Origin: Hellea sp.
Lineage (GTDB): Bacteria; Pseudomonadota; Alphaproteobacteria; Caulobacterales; Maricaulaceae
Assembly: GCA_018645985.1 (NCBI GenBank)
Contig: JABGVR010000180.1
Coordinates: 1 to 53,543, forward strand
Reading direction: 5' to 3'
DNA length: 53,543 nucleotides
The translations under genes and the position numbers were made by a program. Under the pieces are notes generated by a model that was given only the letters and a program-made list of their open reading frames with translations, had not been told where the DNA came from and ran no database searches. Positions 40,685-51,468 of this stretch are shown here, piece by piece. The stretch's first letter is position 1. Each line of letters begins with the position of its first letter.

Positions 40685-41098
40685 ATGGAAAATTTATTAG
40701 AATATCAAACATTAAGTATGTTTGGTACATACAGTATAGCTTTTGCGCTCAGGGCAATAGGAAGCGTATTGGCGATCTGGCTTGCACTTCGTGTGGCAAA
40801 CAATATTCGTATGTCAAATGATAGTAATGTAATCAGCAAACTATTAGGTTCTGCTTTTGGCATCTTAGTGATGTATGGAGCATTATATTGGCAAATGGCT
40901 TATATAACAATTCGGGCTAATACAGCTAACGGCCTGAAAGCTATGAGTGAAGGCGGAATGCAGCTAACTCCTGGTAGCGAACAATTTTTAGCTAATTTTG
41001 CAACAGATGCAGTATCACTTCCAATACCAGTAGCTGTTTTTGATTTAGTTATTATAGCAATGATCTTACTACAAATTTGGATGCCTAAAAAAGCATAA
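40685..41098 (+). CDS. Hypothetical membrane protein
   Basis: AGGAG RBS, three hydrophobic segments, own terminator. Confidence 0.8.
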   Translation: MENLLEYQTLSMFGTYSIAFALRAIGSVLAIWLALRVANNIRMSNDSNVISKLLGSAFGILVMYGALYWQMAYITIRANTANGLKAMSEGGMQLTPGSEQFLANFATDAVSLPIPVAVFDLVIIAMILLQIWMPKKA

Positions 41099-41109
41099 AT
41101 AACACCCCT

Positions 41110-41136
41110 AAAACGCCGTATAATACGGCGTTTTTT
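41110..41136 (+). terminator. Rho-independent terminator
   Basis: AAAACGCCGTA-taa-TACGGCGTTTTTT. Confidence 0.85.
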
Positions 41137-41170
41137 ATTTAAAGTTAATTTCTATTTATACTTTGTATAA

Positions 41171-42067
41171 ATGAATTTAAATGCATCAAGTATCTCGTTG
41201 CACCTTTGCGATTTAAACCATAGAATCAAGGTTATGGTCTTTCACATTATAAACATAACCAAGACTTTCTATTCTATCTTTTTTATCTATCTTACAATTA
41301 TGCTTTCTCTAGCCATCGAGACAAAAGCGATGGAAATTAAGTCAATAGCGAGTACATCGCTTTGTGGTGATACATTTATTCTCGAACTTGCACCTAAGCA
41401 TATCAGTCACCTTTCATGGCAATCTAGAAGCCCTTTATCTACTGCTAATGAAAAACAAAAAAAGCTTCCGCAAGTATGGAATGATACTGAAACTCTCATA
41501 AATTCGGGTGCTTCTCATATTTTATTTGGCCCCGGCGAAACTAATAATAATGTTCTACCTACTGTCCAAAAAATAGAATTAAAATGGGGCGAAGGTTTTG
41601 AGACCATAAGGTCTAATGCTGAACTTATAATTAAATCCTTAGAGTTAGAGGGTGATATATTAGATAATTGGGAGGAACGAATAAATAGCCTTCAAAGAAA
41701 AGTAGAAACCCGTGAAATTAAACCAAAGGTTTTATATTTATCTCGTTCAGGTAGCTCTGCTGGTTCAAATACCTTTGTAGATGAAGCTATAAAGTCAGCA
41801 GGTGGAATGAATGTTGTCAAGCAAACTGGTTGGTACAAACCAGATGCTGAACAGCTGATAAAATATACGCCCGACCTTATCATAACAAGCTATTTCGGTA
41901 ATGGTTATGAATCGGTTGAGGCAGTTGCAATTAGAAATAAAGTTATAAAACGTTTTATTTATTCCCACCCTGTTGTAGAAATAGAGGGTGGATTATGGCC
42001 CTGCGCTGGACCTGGCCTTATTAAGGCTGCTGAGAAAATATCGATAGCGTTGGATAGTCTACCATGA
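41171..42067 (+). CDS. ABC substrate-binding protein, BtuF-like (true start probably downstream)
   Basis: I.S.SLC.D..L.LA, G..TF.D..I..AG..N, E.L....PD, W.C.GP. Confidence 0.8.
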   Translation: MNLNASSISLHLCDLNHRIKVMVFHIINITKTFYSIFFIYLTIMLSLAIETKAMEIKSIASTSLCGDTFILELAPKHISHLSWQSRSPLSTANEKQKKLPQVWNDTETLINSGASHILFGPGETNNNVLPTVQKIELKWGEGFETIRSNAELIIKSLELEGDILDNWEERINSLQRKVETREIKPKVLYLSRSGSSAGSNTFVDEAIKSAGGMNVVKQTGWYKPDAEQLIKYTPDLIITSYFGNGYESVEAVAIRNKVIKRFIYSHPVVEIEGGLWPCAGPGLIKAAEKISIALDSLP

Positions 42068-43026
42068 AGTTTACTATCTTAATCATATGCACACTTAGCT
42101 GTGTTATTTTTTCATTATTCATAGGCACAGTAGACTTATCTTTTATAGATGTGTTAAAAGCACTTCTTGGGCGTGGCACTGACACTAATAATATTATAAT
42201 AAGAGAGTTAAGGCTCCCGAGATCACTTACTGGAGCAGTTATTGGAGCTGGCCTTGGTGCCTCGGGGGCAGCCTTACAAGGTTATACCCGTAATCCATTA
42301 GCTGCTCCAGGAATTCTTGGGTTTACAGCCTGCGCTGCTCTTGGGGCAGTTATAGCATTATATTTTGGCTTTTATAAGTGGATTCCATTAGCTGCCTTAT
42401 CAGGGACAGCGATAGGTGCATTTCTAATTTTAAAAATTTCAGGTAATCGCAAAAGTGCCTCAACTCTTATTTTAGCTGGAGTGGGTGTAAGTGCCTTAGC
42501 TACAGCACTCACTGGGCTTACCATGAATTTCTCTCCAAACCCATGGGCTCTATCAGAAATGGTTTATTGGCTAATGGGTTCCCTCAGTGACTCTCAATTT
42601 GTAGACTTATTAATATGTGCCCCGCTTACAATTATCGGTATAATAATGCTAACTCTAATCGGTCCTGATTTAAAAACTTTAAGTCTCGGTGAAGAAACTG
42701 CTGTTTCGTTAGGTGTTTCGCTTGGCAGGTTACGCGCCATACTCATTATTGGAACAGCTCTATGTGTTGGAAGTGGCGTAGCAATAGCAGGAGCAATCGG
42801 CTTCATAGGTCTTTTCATTCCTCATATTATTAGGCTTATATTTGGTTCAGATCCTATTAAACTAATTCCATTATCTGCAATTTCTGGGGCTGGGTTTTTA
42901 GTTTTTGCTGATATAATTTCTCGTTATCTTACAGGCCCGGGTACTCAACTATATCTCGGTATACTAACCTCACTTATCGGGGTTCCCTTTTTCTTATATC
43001 TAGCGATTAAAGAGACCAAAGTATGA
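42064..43026 (+). CDS. FecCD/BtuC family ABC permease
   Basis: LRLPR, RNPLA.PG, LGEE.A.SLG, IGFIGL..PH, G.PFF. Confidence 0.92.
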   Translation: MKFTILIICTLSCVIFSLFIGTVDLSFIDVLKALLGRGTDTNNIIIRELRLPRSLTGAVIGAGLGASGAALQGYTRNPLAAPGILGFTACAALGAVIALYFGFYKWIPLAALSGTAIGAFLILKISGNRKSASTLILAGVGVSALATALTGLTMNFSPNPWALSEMVYWLMGSLSDSQFVDLLICAPLTIIGIIMLTLIGPDLKTLSLGEETAVSLGVSLGRLRAILIIGTALCVGSGVAIAGAIGFIGLFIPHIIRLIFGSDPIKLIPLSAISGAGFLVFADIISRYLTGPGTQLYLGILTSLIGVPFFLYLAIKETKV

Positions 43027-43775
43027 TACATATTAACAACCTGCTATCCGGCTATGGTCCCTGCGATGTAATTCAAAATATTTCAGCAGAAGGGAAACAA
43101 GGAGAATTAATTGCTCTTGTAGGGGCAAATGGATCAGGTAAATCAACATTACTAAAAACCTTAGCTGGCATTATAACACCCACTTCAGGAACAATTAACT
43201 ATTTAGGAAAAGAACTTGCAGGGTTTTCATCGCGAAAACGAGCCAAAATAATTTCTTATCTAGCACAAAATCGTGAGGCATATCCCAGCATGCCTGTTTA
43301 TGAAATTGTTGAACTTGGTCGCGCCCCCTACAGGGGATCTCTAGGGCAAATAAGTTCAACGGGTAAAGATATTATTGAGAGTTCGATGGTGCACACAAAA
43401 ACTCAAGCACTTAAGGACAGAAAATTCAATAACCTATCGGGAGGGGAGCAAGCTAGAGTTCTCCTTGCAAGAGCGCTAGCAGTAGACGCGCCAATTATTT
43501 TAGCTGATGAACCAATATCTGCGTTAGACCCTGCATTCCAAATTTCCATGATGCAAGCCCTCCAAAGAGAAGCTAAAAAAGGAAAAATTGTAATAACTGC
43601 ACTTCATGACTTATCTCTTGCATCTCAATTTTCTAGTAAAATTTGGATGCTAAAAAATGGAAAAATTGTCGCTAAAGGTGTCCCTAAAAAAGTCTTAAAC
43701 GCTGAAAATTTAAAAAATACTTTCCAAGTAAAACTTCCGAAGGGAGGCTTTAAAGCTCTTCAATTAGCTAATTAA
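43023..43775 (+). CDS. ABC ATP-binding protein, BtuD/FepC-like
   Basis: GANGSGKST, LSGGE, ILADEP, LHDL. Confidence 0.92.
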   Translation: MIHINNLLSGYGPCDVIQNISAEGKQGELIALVGANGSGKSTLLKTLAGIITPTSGTINYLGKELAGFSSRKRAKIISYLAQNREAYPSMPVYEIVELGRAPYRGSLGQISSTGKDIIESSMVHTKTQALKDRKFNNLSGGEQARVLLARALAVDAPIILADEPISALDPAFQISMMQALQREAKKGKIVITALHDLSLASQFSSKIWMLKNGKIVAKGVPKKVLNAENLKNTFQVKLPKGGFKALQLAN

Positions 43776-45148
43776 CATTCCACTACATTTACAGCCAATC
43801 CACCTTGGCTTGTTTCTTTATACTTAGTTGACATATCCAAACCCGTTTGACGCATCGTTTCTATAACTTGGTCTAACGAAACTTTCATTTTGCCCTCTGA
43901 ATGCAAGGAGAGTCTTGCCGCATTCACTGCCTTTACAGCTCCAATTGCATTTCTTTCTATACAAGGTATCTGCACAAGGCCTCCAACTGGGTCACAAGTT
44001 AAGCCAAGGTTGTGCTCCATACCAATTTCAGCAGCCTGTGCAATCTGTAATGAACTGCCGCCCCATATTGCCGCTAATCCTGCAGCAGCCATGGAACATG
44101 CGACGCCGACTTCACCCTGACACCCCATCTCTGCCCCTGAGATGGATGCTCTTTGCTTGTAAAGCAATCCGATGCCACCGGCTGTTAATAAAAACTTTCG
44201 AATATTCTTTACTGAATTAGAATCATCGTAACAATAATGCCTAATTATGGCAGGAATAATTCCAGCTGCACCATTTGTAGGTGCAGTTACAACCTGTCCG
44301 CCTGCAGCATTTTCTTCATTAACTGCCAAAGCATAAACATTAAGCCAATCAAATAATTGTTCTCGCTCATTAGACATTTCCGTTTGTGTTAATTTTTTCC
44401 ACAAATCTGGGCTGCGGCGGCGCACCTCAAGGCCTCCAGGTAAAACGCCCTCGCAATTAAGACCTCGGTCAATACAATCAAACATTACTGCACCAACTTT
44501 ATCTAAAGCCGCGTTTGTCTTTGATCGTTTCCTGATTGCATCTTCATTAGTAATGATAATTTCATCTATAGACATTTTATGATCAGCACATAAACGCAAT
44601 AAATCCTCTGCGGAACCAAAATCATGCGGCACTCTAAAACCATTGGAAATAATATCACCCTTAAGCGGAGAGGATAACTGATCATAAGAGGCTATGAATC
44701 CGCCTCCAGTCGAATAGTATATGCGCTCTAGAAGTATATTGCCCTCAAAGTCAAAAGCAGTCATTTGCATTTCGTTGGGGTGTAACTTTGTCGGCGTCTC
44801 ATAATCAAATAGTAAATCTAAAACTGGGTTAAAGTTTATGCTTTTACTTCCATTTAATATAATCTGGTTTTTACTATAAATTTCCGACAGGTTTTTAGAT
44901 GCTAGTTCAGGGTCAAATGCTTCGGGGCTATAGCCCAACAGACCATAAATAGTTGCCTTAGGTGTTGCGTGGCCCTCTCCAGTAAAAGCCAAAGAGCCCC
45001 TGAGTATAACTTCAACCCGCGTAGTGCTTTCTAGTACGCCTTGCTTGGATAGTCTCTTTACGAAACGCTTTCCGATGCGCATTGGACCGACAGTATGACT
45101 GGATGAGGGCCCTATACCTATTCGAAATATATCTAATACTGATAACAT
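43772..45148 (-). CDS. sdaA: L-serine ammonia-lyase
   Basis: [42 protein letters not shown]. Confidence 0.97.
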   Translation of the reverse strand: MLSVLDIFRIGIGPSSSHTVGPMRIGKRFVKRLSKQGVLESTTRVEVILRGSLAFTGEGHATPKATIYGLLGYSPEAFDPELASKNLSEIYSKNQIILNGSKSINFNPVLDLLFDYETPTKLHPNEMQMTAFDFEGNILLERIYYSTGGGFIASYDQLSSPLKGDIISNGFRVPHDFGSAEDLLRLCADHKMSIDEIIITNEDAIRKRSKTNAALDKVGAVMFDCIDRGLNCEGVLPGGLEVRRRSPDLWKKLTQTEMSNEREQLFDWLNVYALAVNEENAAGGQVVTAPTNGAAGIIPAIIRHYCYDDSNSVKNIRKFLLTAGGIGLLYKQRASISGAEMGCQGEVGVACSMAAAGLAAIWGGSSLQIAQAAEIGMEHNLGLTCDPVGGLVQIPCIERNAIGAVKAVNAARLSLHSEGKMKVSLDQVIETMRQTGLDMSTKYKETSQGGLAVNVVEC

Positions 45149-45283
45149 ATAAATTAACTATAAAAAAACTTATGGCCAAAATAATTTTTTGACTTCGAAT
45201 GCAAGAGTAAAATACACAGCACTTAAAAGTTGATTAGTTAATTTATCCAAAAAATCTTATCTATTTTATTATGATAAGTATAA

Positions 45284-46165
45284 TTAAAGAGAACCGTTAA
45301 TAAGTTTCATAATACCAGAAAAATCTAATGAGTCTTTTTTTGCTGATTCCATCAAGGAGTACATAGCTTCTGACTGACTTCCTAAAGGTGTAGAAGCACG
45401 TGCTGAAGTAGCTGCATCTTGCGCAAGCCTTAAATCCTTAAGCATCATCGCGGCAGTAAATCCTGGTTCATAATTTTTATTTGAAGGTGCACTCTCTACC
45501 GGTCCTGGGGCAGGGCAGTAACTGGTCATAGACCAGTTTTGGCCACTTGCTGTCGAAGAGATATCATAAAATTTCTGAGCATCTAATCCTAATTTTTCAG
45601 CAAGGTTAAATGCTTCACATGTACCAATCATATGAATACCAAGTAGCATATTGTTGCAGATCTTAGCCACCTGACCATTTCCTGCATCACCTGCATGGAA
45701 AATATTCTTGCCCATTACCCTAAGGTAAACCTCAGCTCGGGAATACGCTTCCTCTGAGCCACCGCACATAAAGGTTAGAGTTCCAGCAGCAGCACCCCCT
45801 ACACCTCCAGAAACTGGGGCATCAATCATATCAATATTTTTTAAAGCGGCAGCTGCTACCATTTCCCGCGCAGTTGCAACGTCAATGGTAGAGCAATCTA
45901 TAACTAAAGTTTTTGATGAAATTTCTGCTATTATTTCAGCACATACGCCTCTTACTATTTTTCCATTAGGTAACATCATTATAACAACTTCGACTGTTTT
46001 AACTGCCTCCTTTATCTCAGAGACTACAGTACAGCCGGCAGAAGAAGCAGCATCTTTAGCTTTGTCTGAAACATCAAAAGCTATAACTTCATGACCCGCC
46101 TTTACTAGGTTTGTTGCCATGCCAATTCCCATGTTACCTAGGCCTATAAATGCTATTTTGCTCAT
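45284..46165 (-). CDS. mmsB: 3-hydroxyisobutyrate dehydrogenase
   Basis: FIGLGNMG, DAPVSGG, AKICNNM, YCP.PG, KDL. Confidence 0.95.
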   Translation of the reverse strand: MSKIAFIGLGNMGIGMATNLVKAGHEVIAFDVSDKAKDAASSAGCTVVSEIKEAVKTVEVVIMMLPNGKIVRGVCAEIIAEISSKTLVIDCSTIDVATAREMVAAAALKNIDMIDAPVSGGVGGAAAGTLTFMCGGSEEAYSRAEVYLRVMGKNIFHAGDAGNGQVAKICNNMLLGIHMIGTCEAFNLAEKLGLDAQKFYDISSTASGQNWSMTSYCPAPGPVESAPSNKNYEPGFTAAMMLKDLRLAQDAATSARASTPLGSQSEAMYSLMESAKKDSLDFSGIMKLINGSL

Positions 46166-47208
46166 GTAATAAACTCCTGAGGAGGTTTTGCTGTTTTACG
46201 AAACAGTCGTTCAACTTGTGTGGGAGAAACTTCATCAACACTGGAGTGTGACCACTTTGGGTTACGGTCTTTGTCGATTAATTGAGAACGAATTCCTTCA
46301 TAAAAATCCTGAGTACTCAAAAAGTTTAGTGATATATCTAGTTCCTGCGCCATAACCTGACGGAAAGTCATATTTATGCCTCGCTTTAAGGCCTCAAAAG
46401 TTACACACATAGCTATAGGGGATTTACGTCTTATATTCTTTGCCTGCTTAGCAGCCCATTCACTATTATCACTATCGAGCGATAATAGTATCTCAGGTAC
46501 AGAGCTACAATTAAATGCTTTAATTGCCTCCGGTATTGCATCATGAGCAGGAGGAACTTGTGCAAAAACCTCCAGCACTTTGTTTACTCTATTGTCGGTA
46601 CCGTCTAAATCTGCCGTGCCAAGTGCTTCAATTAGATCTGAATGTTTATTTGTTGGCACGTAAATATTTGCAATGCCTATGTCACATGTTTGCCCTACGT
46701 TTAATCTAGCACCGGTGAGACCTAACCACTGCCCAATACTCATGCCAAGTCGGGGTAGAAAAAAAGTCCCCCCCACATCAGGGAAATAACCTATCCCAGT
46801 TTCAGGCATAGCAAAAACAGTAGCGTCGCCTGCGATACGATATTTTCCATGTACAGAAAGCCCTACGCCGCCGCCCATAACAAAACCATCTATTAATGAA
46901 ATATAAGGTTTAGGGTAACAATGGATGAGCTCATTTAGCGCATATTCAATTCGCCAAAACTCTTCCGCGCGACTATCGCCGGCTTTCCCGCTATCGTGTA
47001 GCAAAATAACGTCGCCTCCAGCGCAAAATGCTCTATCTCCAGCTCCATCAATTAATACAGCACCTATTTCAGAATTGTCCTGCCACTCTAGTAGAAGTTC
47101 AGTTATTTTCTCGCACATGGCGAATGTCAAAGCGTTTAATGCTTTAGGTCTGTTCAACGTTATGTGACCTAAATTACCAATTATTCGATATTGTATTTCG
47201 TCAGTCAT
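46162..47208 (-). CDS. 3-hydroxyisobutyryl-CoA hydrolase-like crotonase
   Basis: LNRPKALNAL, FCAGGD, MGGG.G, MPETGIG.FPDVG, DFYEG.R..LIDKD. Confidence 0.9.
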   Translation of the reverse strand: MTDEIQYRIIGNLGHITLNRPKALNALTFAMCEKITELLLEWQDNSEIGAVLIDGAGDRAFCAGGDVILLHDSGKAGDSRAEEFWRIEYALNELIHCYPKPYISLIDGFVMGGGVGLSVHGKYRIAGDATVFAMPETGIGYFPDVGGTFFLPRLGMSIGQWLGLTGARLNVGQTCDIGIANIYVPTNKHSDLIEALGTADLDGTDNRVNKVLEVFAQVPPAHDAIPEAIKAFNCSSVPEILLSLDSDNSEWAAKQAKNIRRKSPIAMCVTFEALKRGINMTFRQVMAQELDISLNFLSTQDFYEGIRSQLIDKDRNPKWSHSSVDEVSPTQVERLFRKTAKPPQEFIT

Positions 47209-47214
47209 ATATTC

Positions 47215-48354
47215 CTATTGCCTTAAAAGAGATCGCGAAATAATCACTCTCATTATCTGATTAGTACCTTCAAGTATCTGATGAACCCGAAGATCTCTTA
47301 CTATTTGTTCAATCTCATACTCTGACAAATAACCATAGCCCCCATGCAACTGAAGAGCATTGTCAGCTATTTTACTACACATATCAGTGGAATAGCGCTT
47401 AGCCATCGCACAAGCAGCGCTCACATTTGCAATGCCTTTATCAATCATATCTGCACCCCTATATATCATCATACGAGATGCCTCTAATTCAGTAGCCATA
47501 TCAGCAAGCATAAATTCTGTATTTTGAAAGTCAGATATAAACTTTCCAAATTGCTTTCGTTCAGATGTATATTTAATTGAAGCGTTTAAAGCTTTTTGCG
47601 CACCTCCTAATGAGCATGCACCTATATTAATACGCCCACCATCAAGGCCGCTCATTGCAAACTTAAATCCTTCACCCTCTGCGCCCACACGATTTTTTTC
47701 TGATACTTTACAATCTTCCATTATGACTTGGGCGGTTGGCTGGGCATTCCAGCCCATCTTCTTTTCAGTAGCCCCAAAACTTAAGCCCGGTGCGTCTTTT
47801 TCAACTATGAAAGTTGAAACCCCCTTAGCTCCTTGGTCAGAGGTGCGTGCCATTACAAGATAAATATCCGACCAGCCCGCTCCTGAAATAAAAGTTTTAG
47901 TTCCATTAAGAATATATTCATTTCCCACTTTTTCCGCTTTAGTCGAAAGTGATGCAGCGTCAGAACCAGAACCAGGCTCAGTCAAACAATAGCTTGCTAT
48001 CAAATCACCTGAGGTAAGACCCGGCACATATTTTTTTCTTATTTCATCCGAACTATAACGGTCTATCATCCACGTCGCCATATTATGAATTGTAATCATA
48101 GCTGTATGCGAAACATCACCGGCTGCAAGTTGTTCAAAAACAAGAGCGCAGTCTAGACGAGAAAGTGCTGTTCCTCCATATTCCTCAGAAGTGTAAATTC
48201 CCATAAAACCCAGTTCTGCAGCTTTTAAAAAAACATTGCGGTCGAGAAATTTTTTCTCATCCCATTTTGCAGAAAATGGAGCAAGCTCAGATGCTGAAAA
48301 ACTTCTAGCCATATCTTGAATTAAAATTTGTTCTTCTGTTAATTGAAAGTCCAT
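47215..48354 (-). CDS. Acyl-CoA dehydrogenase (isobutyryl-CoA type)
   Basis: YCLTEPGSGSDA, KMGW.AQPT, LQLHGGYGY, ILEGTN; within the mms cluster. Confidence 0.9.
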   Translation of the reverse strand: MDFQLTEEQILIQDMARSFSASELAPFSAKWDEKKFLDRNVFLKAAELGFMGIYTSEEYGGTALSRLDCALVFEQLAAGDVSHTAMITIHNMATWMIDRYSSDEIRKKYVPGLTSGDLIASYCLTEPGSGSDAASLSTKAEKVGNEYILNGTKTFISGAGWSDIYLVMARTSDQGAKGVSTFIVEKDAPGLSFGATEKKMGWNAQPTAQVIMEDCKVSEKNRVGAEGEGFKFAMSGLDGGRINIGACSLGGAQKALNASIKYTSERKQFGKFISDFQNTEFMLADMATELEASRMMIYRGADMIDKGIANVSAACAMAKRYSTDMCSKIADNALQLHGGYGYLSEYEIEQIVRDLRVHQILEGTNQIMRVIISRSLLRQ

Positions 48355-48435
48355 AGATTATTAATTACCTTAAATATTCAGCATTATAAATTGATAACAT
48401 TTACTTAAATAGAATGTCGACAAAAGAAATGGTAG

Positions 48436-49929
48436 CTAGAATGTGGGAATGATAAAAGCACTATCCTCTGTTTCACCCTCAGGCCATCTTTGAGTTACCG
48501 TTTTAACTTTAGTATAAAAACGCAAGCCCTCCATTCCATATTGGTTAGCATCACCAAATGCACTTCGCTTCCACCCACCAAAACTATGGTAAGCAACAGG
48601 AACAGGAATAGGTACATTAATACCTACCATACCAACCTCAACCCGGTCGGCAAACTCGCGTGCTGCTCGTCCATTTTGAGTAAATATAGCTACACCATTA
48701 CCATACTGATGCTCAGAGGGTAATTTAATTGCCTCTTCAAATGTTTTAGCCCTGACTATTTGAAGCACAGGTCCAAAAATTTCGTCTTGATACGTTTCCA
48801 TATCAGGCGTTACGTTATCTAAAAGGCTTGGCCCTATAAAAAACCCATTTTCATAACCCTGCAAAGAAAAATCTCTTCCGTCGACTAGTAATTTAGCGCC
48901 CTCACCTACAGCCTTTGTGACCTGGGCTTTTATGCTATCCCTATGTTCGCGTGTTACAACAGGACCATAGTCAGCTTCTTTATCCTCTGAAACACCCACA
49001 CGCATAGAATCTATTGCTGGCAACATTTTTTCTAAAAACCGCTCAGCTGTACCTTCTCCAACGGGAACAACAACTGGTAAAGCCATGCAACGTTCACCTG
49101 CAGAGCCATAAGCAGCTCCTAAAATATCTTTTACAGCCTGATCCATATTTGCATCCGGCATTATTATCCCGTGATTCTTGGCCCCGCCCATACATTGCGC
49201 GCGCTTACCATTAGAGGTTGCGCGGGAGTAAACGTATTGTGCAATATCTGAGGATCCCACAAAACTTACAGCTTTGATAGTTGGGTGGTCACAGATAGCG
49301 TCTACAATTTCTTTATCACCATTTATGCACTGAAGAAGGCCACGGGGGCCGCCTGCCTGAACAAACAATTCTGCAAGCCGCATTGGAACTGACGGATCCT
49401 TTTCTGAGGGCTTAAGTATGCAAGCATTTCCGGTGGCTATTGCCATACCAAACATCCACATAGGTATCATAGCAGGGAAATTAAAAGGTGTTATTCCAGC
49501 CACAACACCAAGTGGTTTACGCATGGAGTAAACATCAATTTCTGGTCCGGCACCGTATGTATGCTCGCCCTTTTGTGCATGAGGGACTCCGCAAGCAAAT
49601 TCAATAACATCAACACCTCTTATTACATCACCGCGCGAGTCCGCCAAAACTTTTCCGTGCTCTGAGGATAATAAAGCCGCCAACTCATCAATGTGAGACT
49701 CCACAAGTTGTTTGTAAGCAAACATAATTCTTGAACGGCGTTGCGGATTTGTATTGTGCCATAAAACTTGGGCTTTAGCAGCAGAAGCAACCGCAGCATC
49801 TAACTCTTCTGGTGTTGCCAAGTTTACTTGAGCTTGAATATCCCCTGTATTTGGATTGTATATATCTTTCTGTCGACCTGAATTACCTGGAACCAATTCC
49901 CCGTCTATAAAATGCCCAATTTGTTTCAT
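48436..49929 (-). CDS. mmsA: CoA-acylating methylmalonate-semialdehyde dehydrogenase
   Basis: ITPFNFPAMIP, KPSE, GAKNH, GERCMA, EIFGP, VPIPVP. Confidence 0.96.
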   Translation of the reverse strand: MKQIGHFIDGELVPGNSGRQKDIYNPNTGDIQAQVNLATPEELDAAVASAAKAQVLWHNTNPQRRSRIMFAYKQLVESHIDELAALLSSEHGKVLADSRGDVIRGVDVIEFACGVPHAQKGEHTYGAGPEIDVYSMRKPLGVVAGITPFNFPAMIPMWMFGMAIATGNACILKPSEKDPSVPMRLAELFVQAGGPRGLLQCINGDKEIVDAICDHPTIKAVSFVGSSDIAQYVYSRATSNGKRAQCMGGAKNHGIIMPDANMDQAVKDILGAAYGSAGERCMALPVVVPVGEGTAERFLEKMLPAIDSMRVGVSEDKEADYGPVVTREHRDSIKAQVTKAVGEGAKLLVDGRDFSLQGYENGFFIGPSLLDNVTPDMETYQDEIFGPVLQIVRAKTFEEAIKLPSEHQYGNGVAIFTQNGRAAREFADRVEVGMVGINVPIPVPVAYHSFGGWKRSAFGDANQYGMEGLRFYTKVKTVTQRWPEGETEDSAFIIPTF

Positions 49930-49999
49930 GCTATCTACCTTTGTTTTTTATACCTATAAGCTATAATTTTAACTTACCTAGCTGTCCTTCAGCCTAGGT

Positions 50000-51463
50000 T
50001 TATTGTATTATTTGAGAGGTAGTAACCATAAAATTCTTAACAATTGGCGCTCGCAAACGCTTATTATATTCATATGAACTTCCATACCAATTATTAGTTA
50101 CTCTCCCGCCATCCTTGTACCAACTTGCATCAATTTTTGACCATGCTAATCTTGATAATTTTTTCTGTGCTTGAGCGTTATACTGCTTTTCTACTGAGTC
50201 CTTTACCTCAATGATGCCATCACCCGTAATAGATAAAAGTTTTAGAATATGTTCAAATTGAGCCTCTAACTTATAGATTATTGATGTATGCCCTGTATTG
50301 GTATTTGGCCCATACAACATAAACATATTAGGAAACTTATGAGTAGTCACCCCTAGATAAGCAAAGGCTCCGTCTTTCCAGCTTTCCTTCAATTCAAACC
50401 CTGACTTCCCAAGTACATTAATTTCTTTCAAAAAAGGGTTTGTATGAAAGCCAGTTGCAAAAACTATTATATCATGGTCATGTTTGTTACCACTTATTGT
50501 TTCGACTGACCTTTTCCCAATCCGAGAAATAGTAGAAGTCTCTAAAGTCACATTACTCTGACCTATTGCCTTATAGTACTTGTCTGATAGCAATATTCGT
50601 TTTGCTCCTACCGCATAATCAGGTATTAGTTTCGAAGCTTTATCTCTATTCTTTACATGCTTTTTAATCTCTAGGTTATTTAACCGACGAACTAATGAAC
50701 CGCGTAATTTAGCACCTTTTATAACGGGCCAAATTAAAAATTCACCTTGGCACCACAATGACAGCCTATATATTTTTGATAAAAACGGTAGTTTCTTTGC
50801 AAGCCATTTTTCAAATGAAGAATAAGGTCTATCATGTTTATTGATTATCCAATTAGGACTCCGTTGATATACAACAAGCTTTTTAGCACTTTTAGCTAAC
50901 TCTGGAATTAATTGGGCGGCACTCGCCCCAACACCAATTACACCAATTTTTTTACCTTCATATTTTACACTGTGGTCCCATTCAGCTGAATGAAAGCTAT
51001 TGCCTAAAAACCTATCTTTTCCTTTAAAGTTTGGCACTGAAGGATGGTGCAACTGACCAATTGCACTTACAAAAAATTGGCAATTATAAATTGTCCCGTT
51101 TTTTGTTTTTATATCCCACCTTCCATTACTATATAATGCATCAGTAACTTTTTCTCCAAATTTAATATAGCTATATAAATCACGGTCGTTCGTAAATTTC
51201 TCAAGATAATTTAAAATTTGAGGTTGCTTGGCCCATTTAAAGTCCCACGCAGGGTTGGGCGCAAAACTAAATGAATAAAGCATTGATGCAATATCACACT
51301 CTGCACCTGGATATGTATTATAACGCCATGTACCACCAACCCCTTCCGATTTTTCTAAAATTACGAAATCATCTATTCCCTTTTCTAGGAGTCTAGATGC
51401 CATTCCTAAACCCGCAAAACCAGAACCGACTATGACTATTCGCTTTTTTTTGCAGTCAACCAC
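50000..51463 (-). CDS. Flavin-containing monooxygenase (Baeyer-Villiger-like)
   Basis: GSGFAG, GGTW..N.YPG..CD, F.G..FHSAEW, G.GASA, ATGF. Confidence 0.92.
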   Translation of the reverse strand: MVDCKKKRIVIVGSGFAGLGMASRLLEKGIDDFVILEKSEGVGGTWRYNTYPGAECDIASMLYSFSFAPNPAWDFKWAKQPQILNYLEKFTNDRDLYSYIKFGEKVTDALYSNGRWDIKTKNGTIYNCQFFVSAIGQLHHPSVPNFKGKDRFLGNSFHSAEWDHSVKYEGKKIGVIGVGASAAQLIPELAKSAKKLVVYQRSPNWIINKHDRPYSSFEKWLAKKLPFLSKIYRLSLWCQGEFLIWPVIKGAKLRGSLVRRLNNLEIKKHVKNRDKASKLIPDYAVGAKRILLSDKYYKAIGQSNVTLETSTISRIGKRSVETISGNKHDHDIIVFATGFHTNPFLKEINVLGKSGFELKESWKDGAFAYLGVTTHKFPNMFMLYGPNTNTGHTSIIYKLEAQFEHILKLLSITGDGIIEVKDSVEKQYNAQAQKKLSRLAWSKIDASWYKDGGRVTNNWYGSSYEYNKRLRAPIVKNFMVTTSQIIQ

Positions 51464-51468
51464 CCTTA

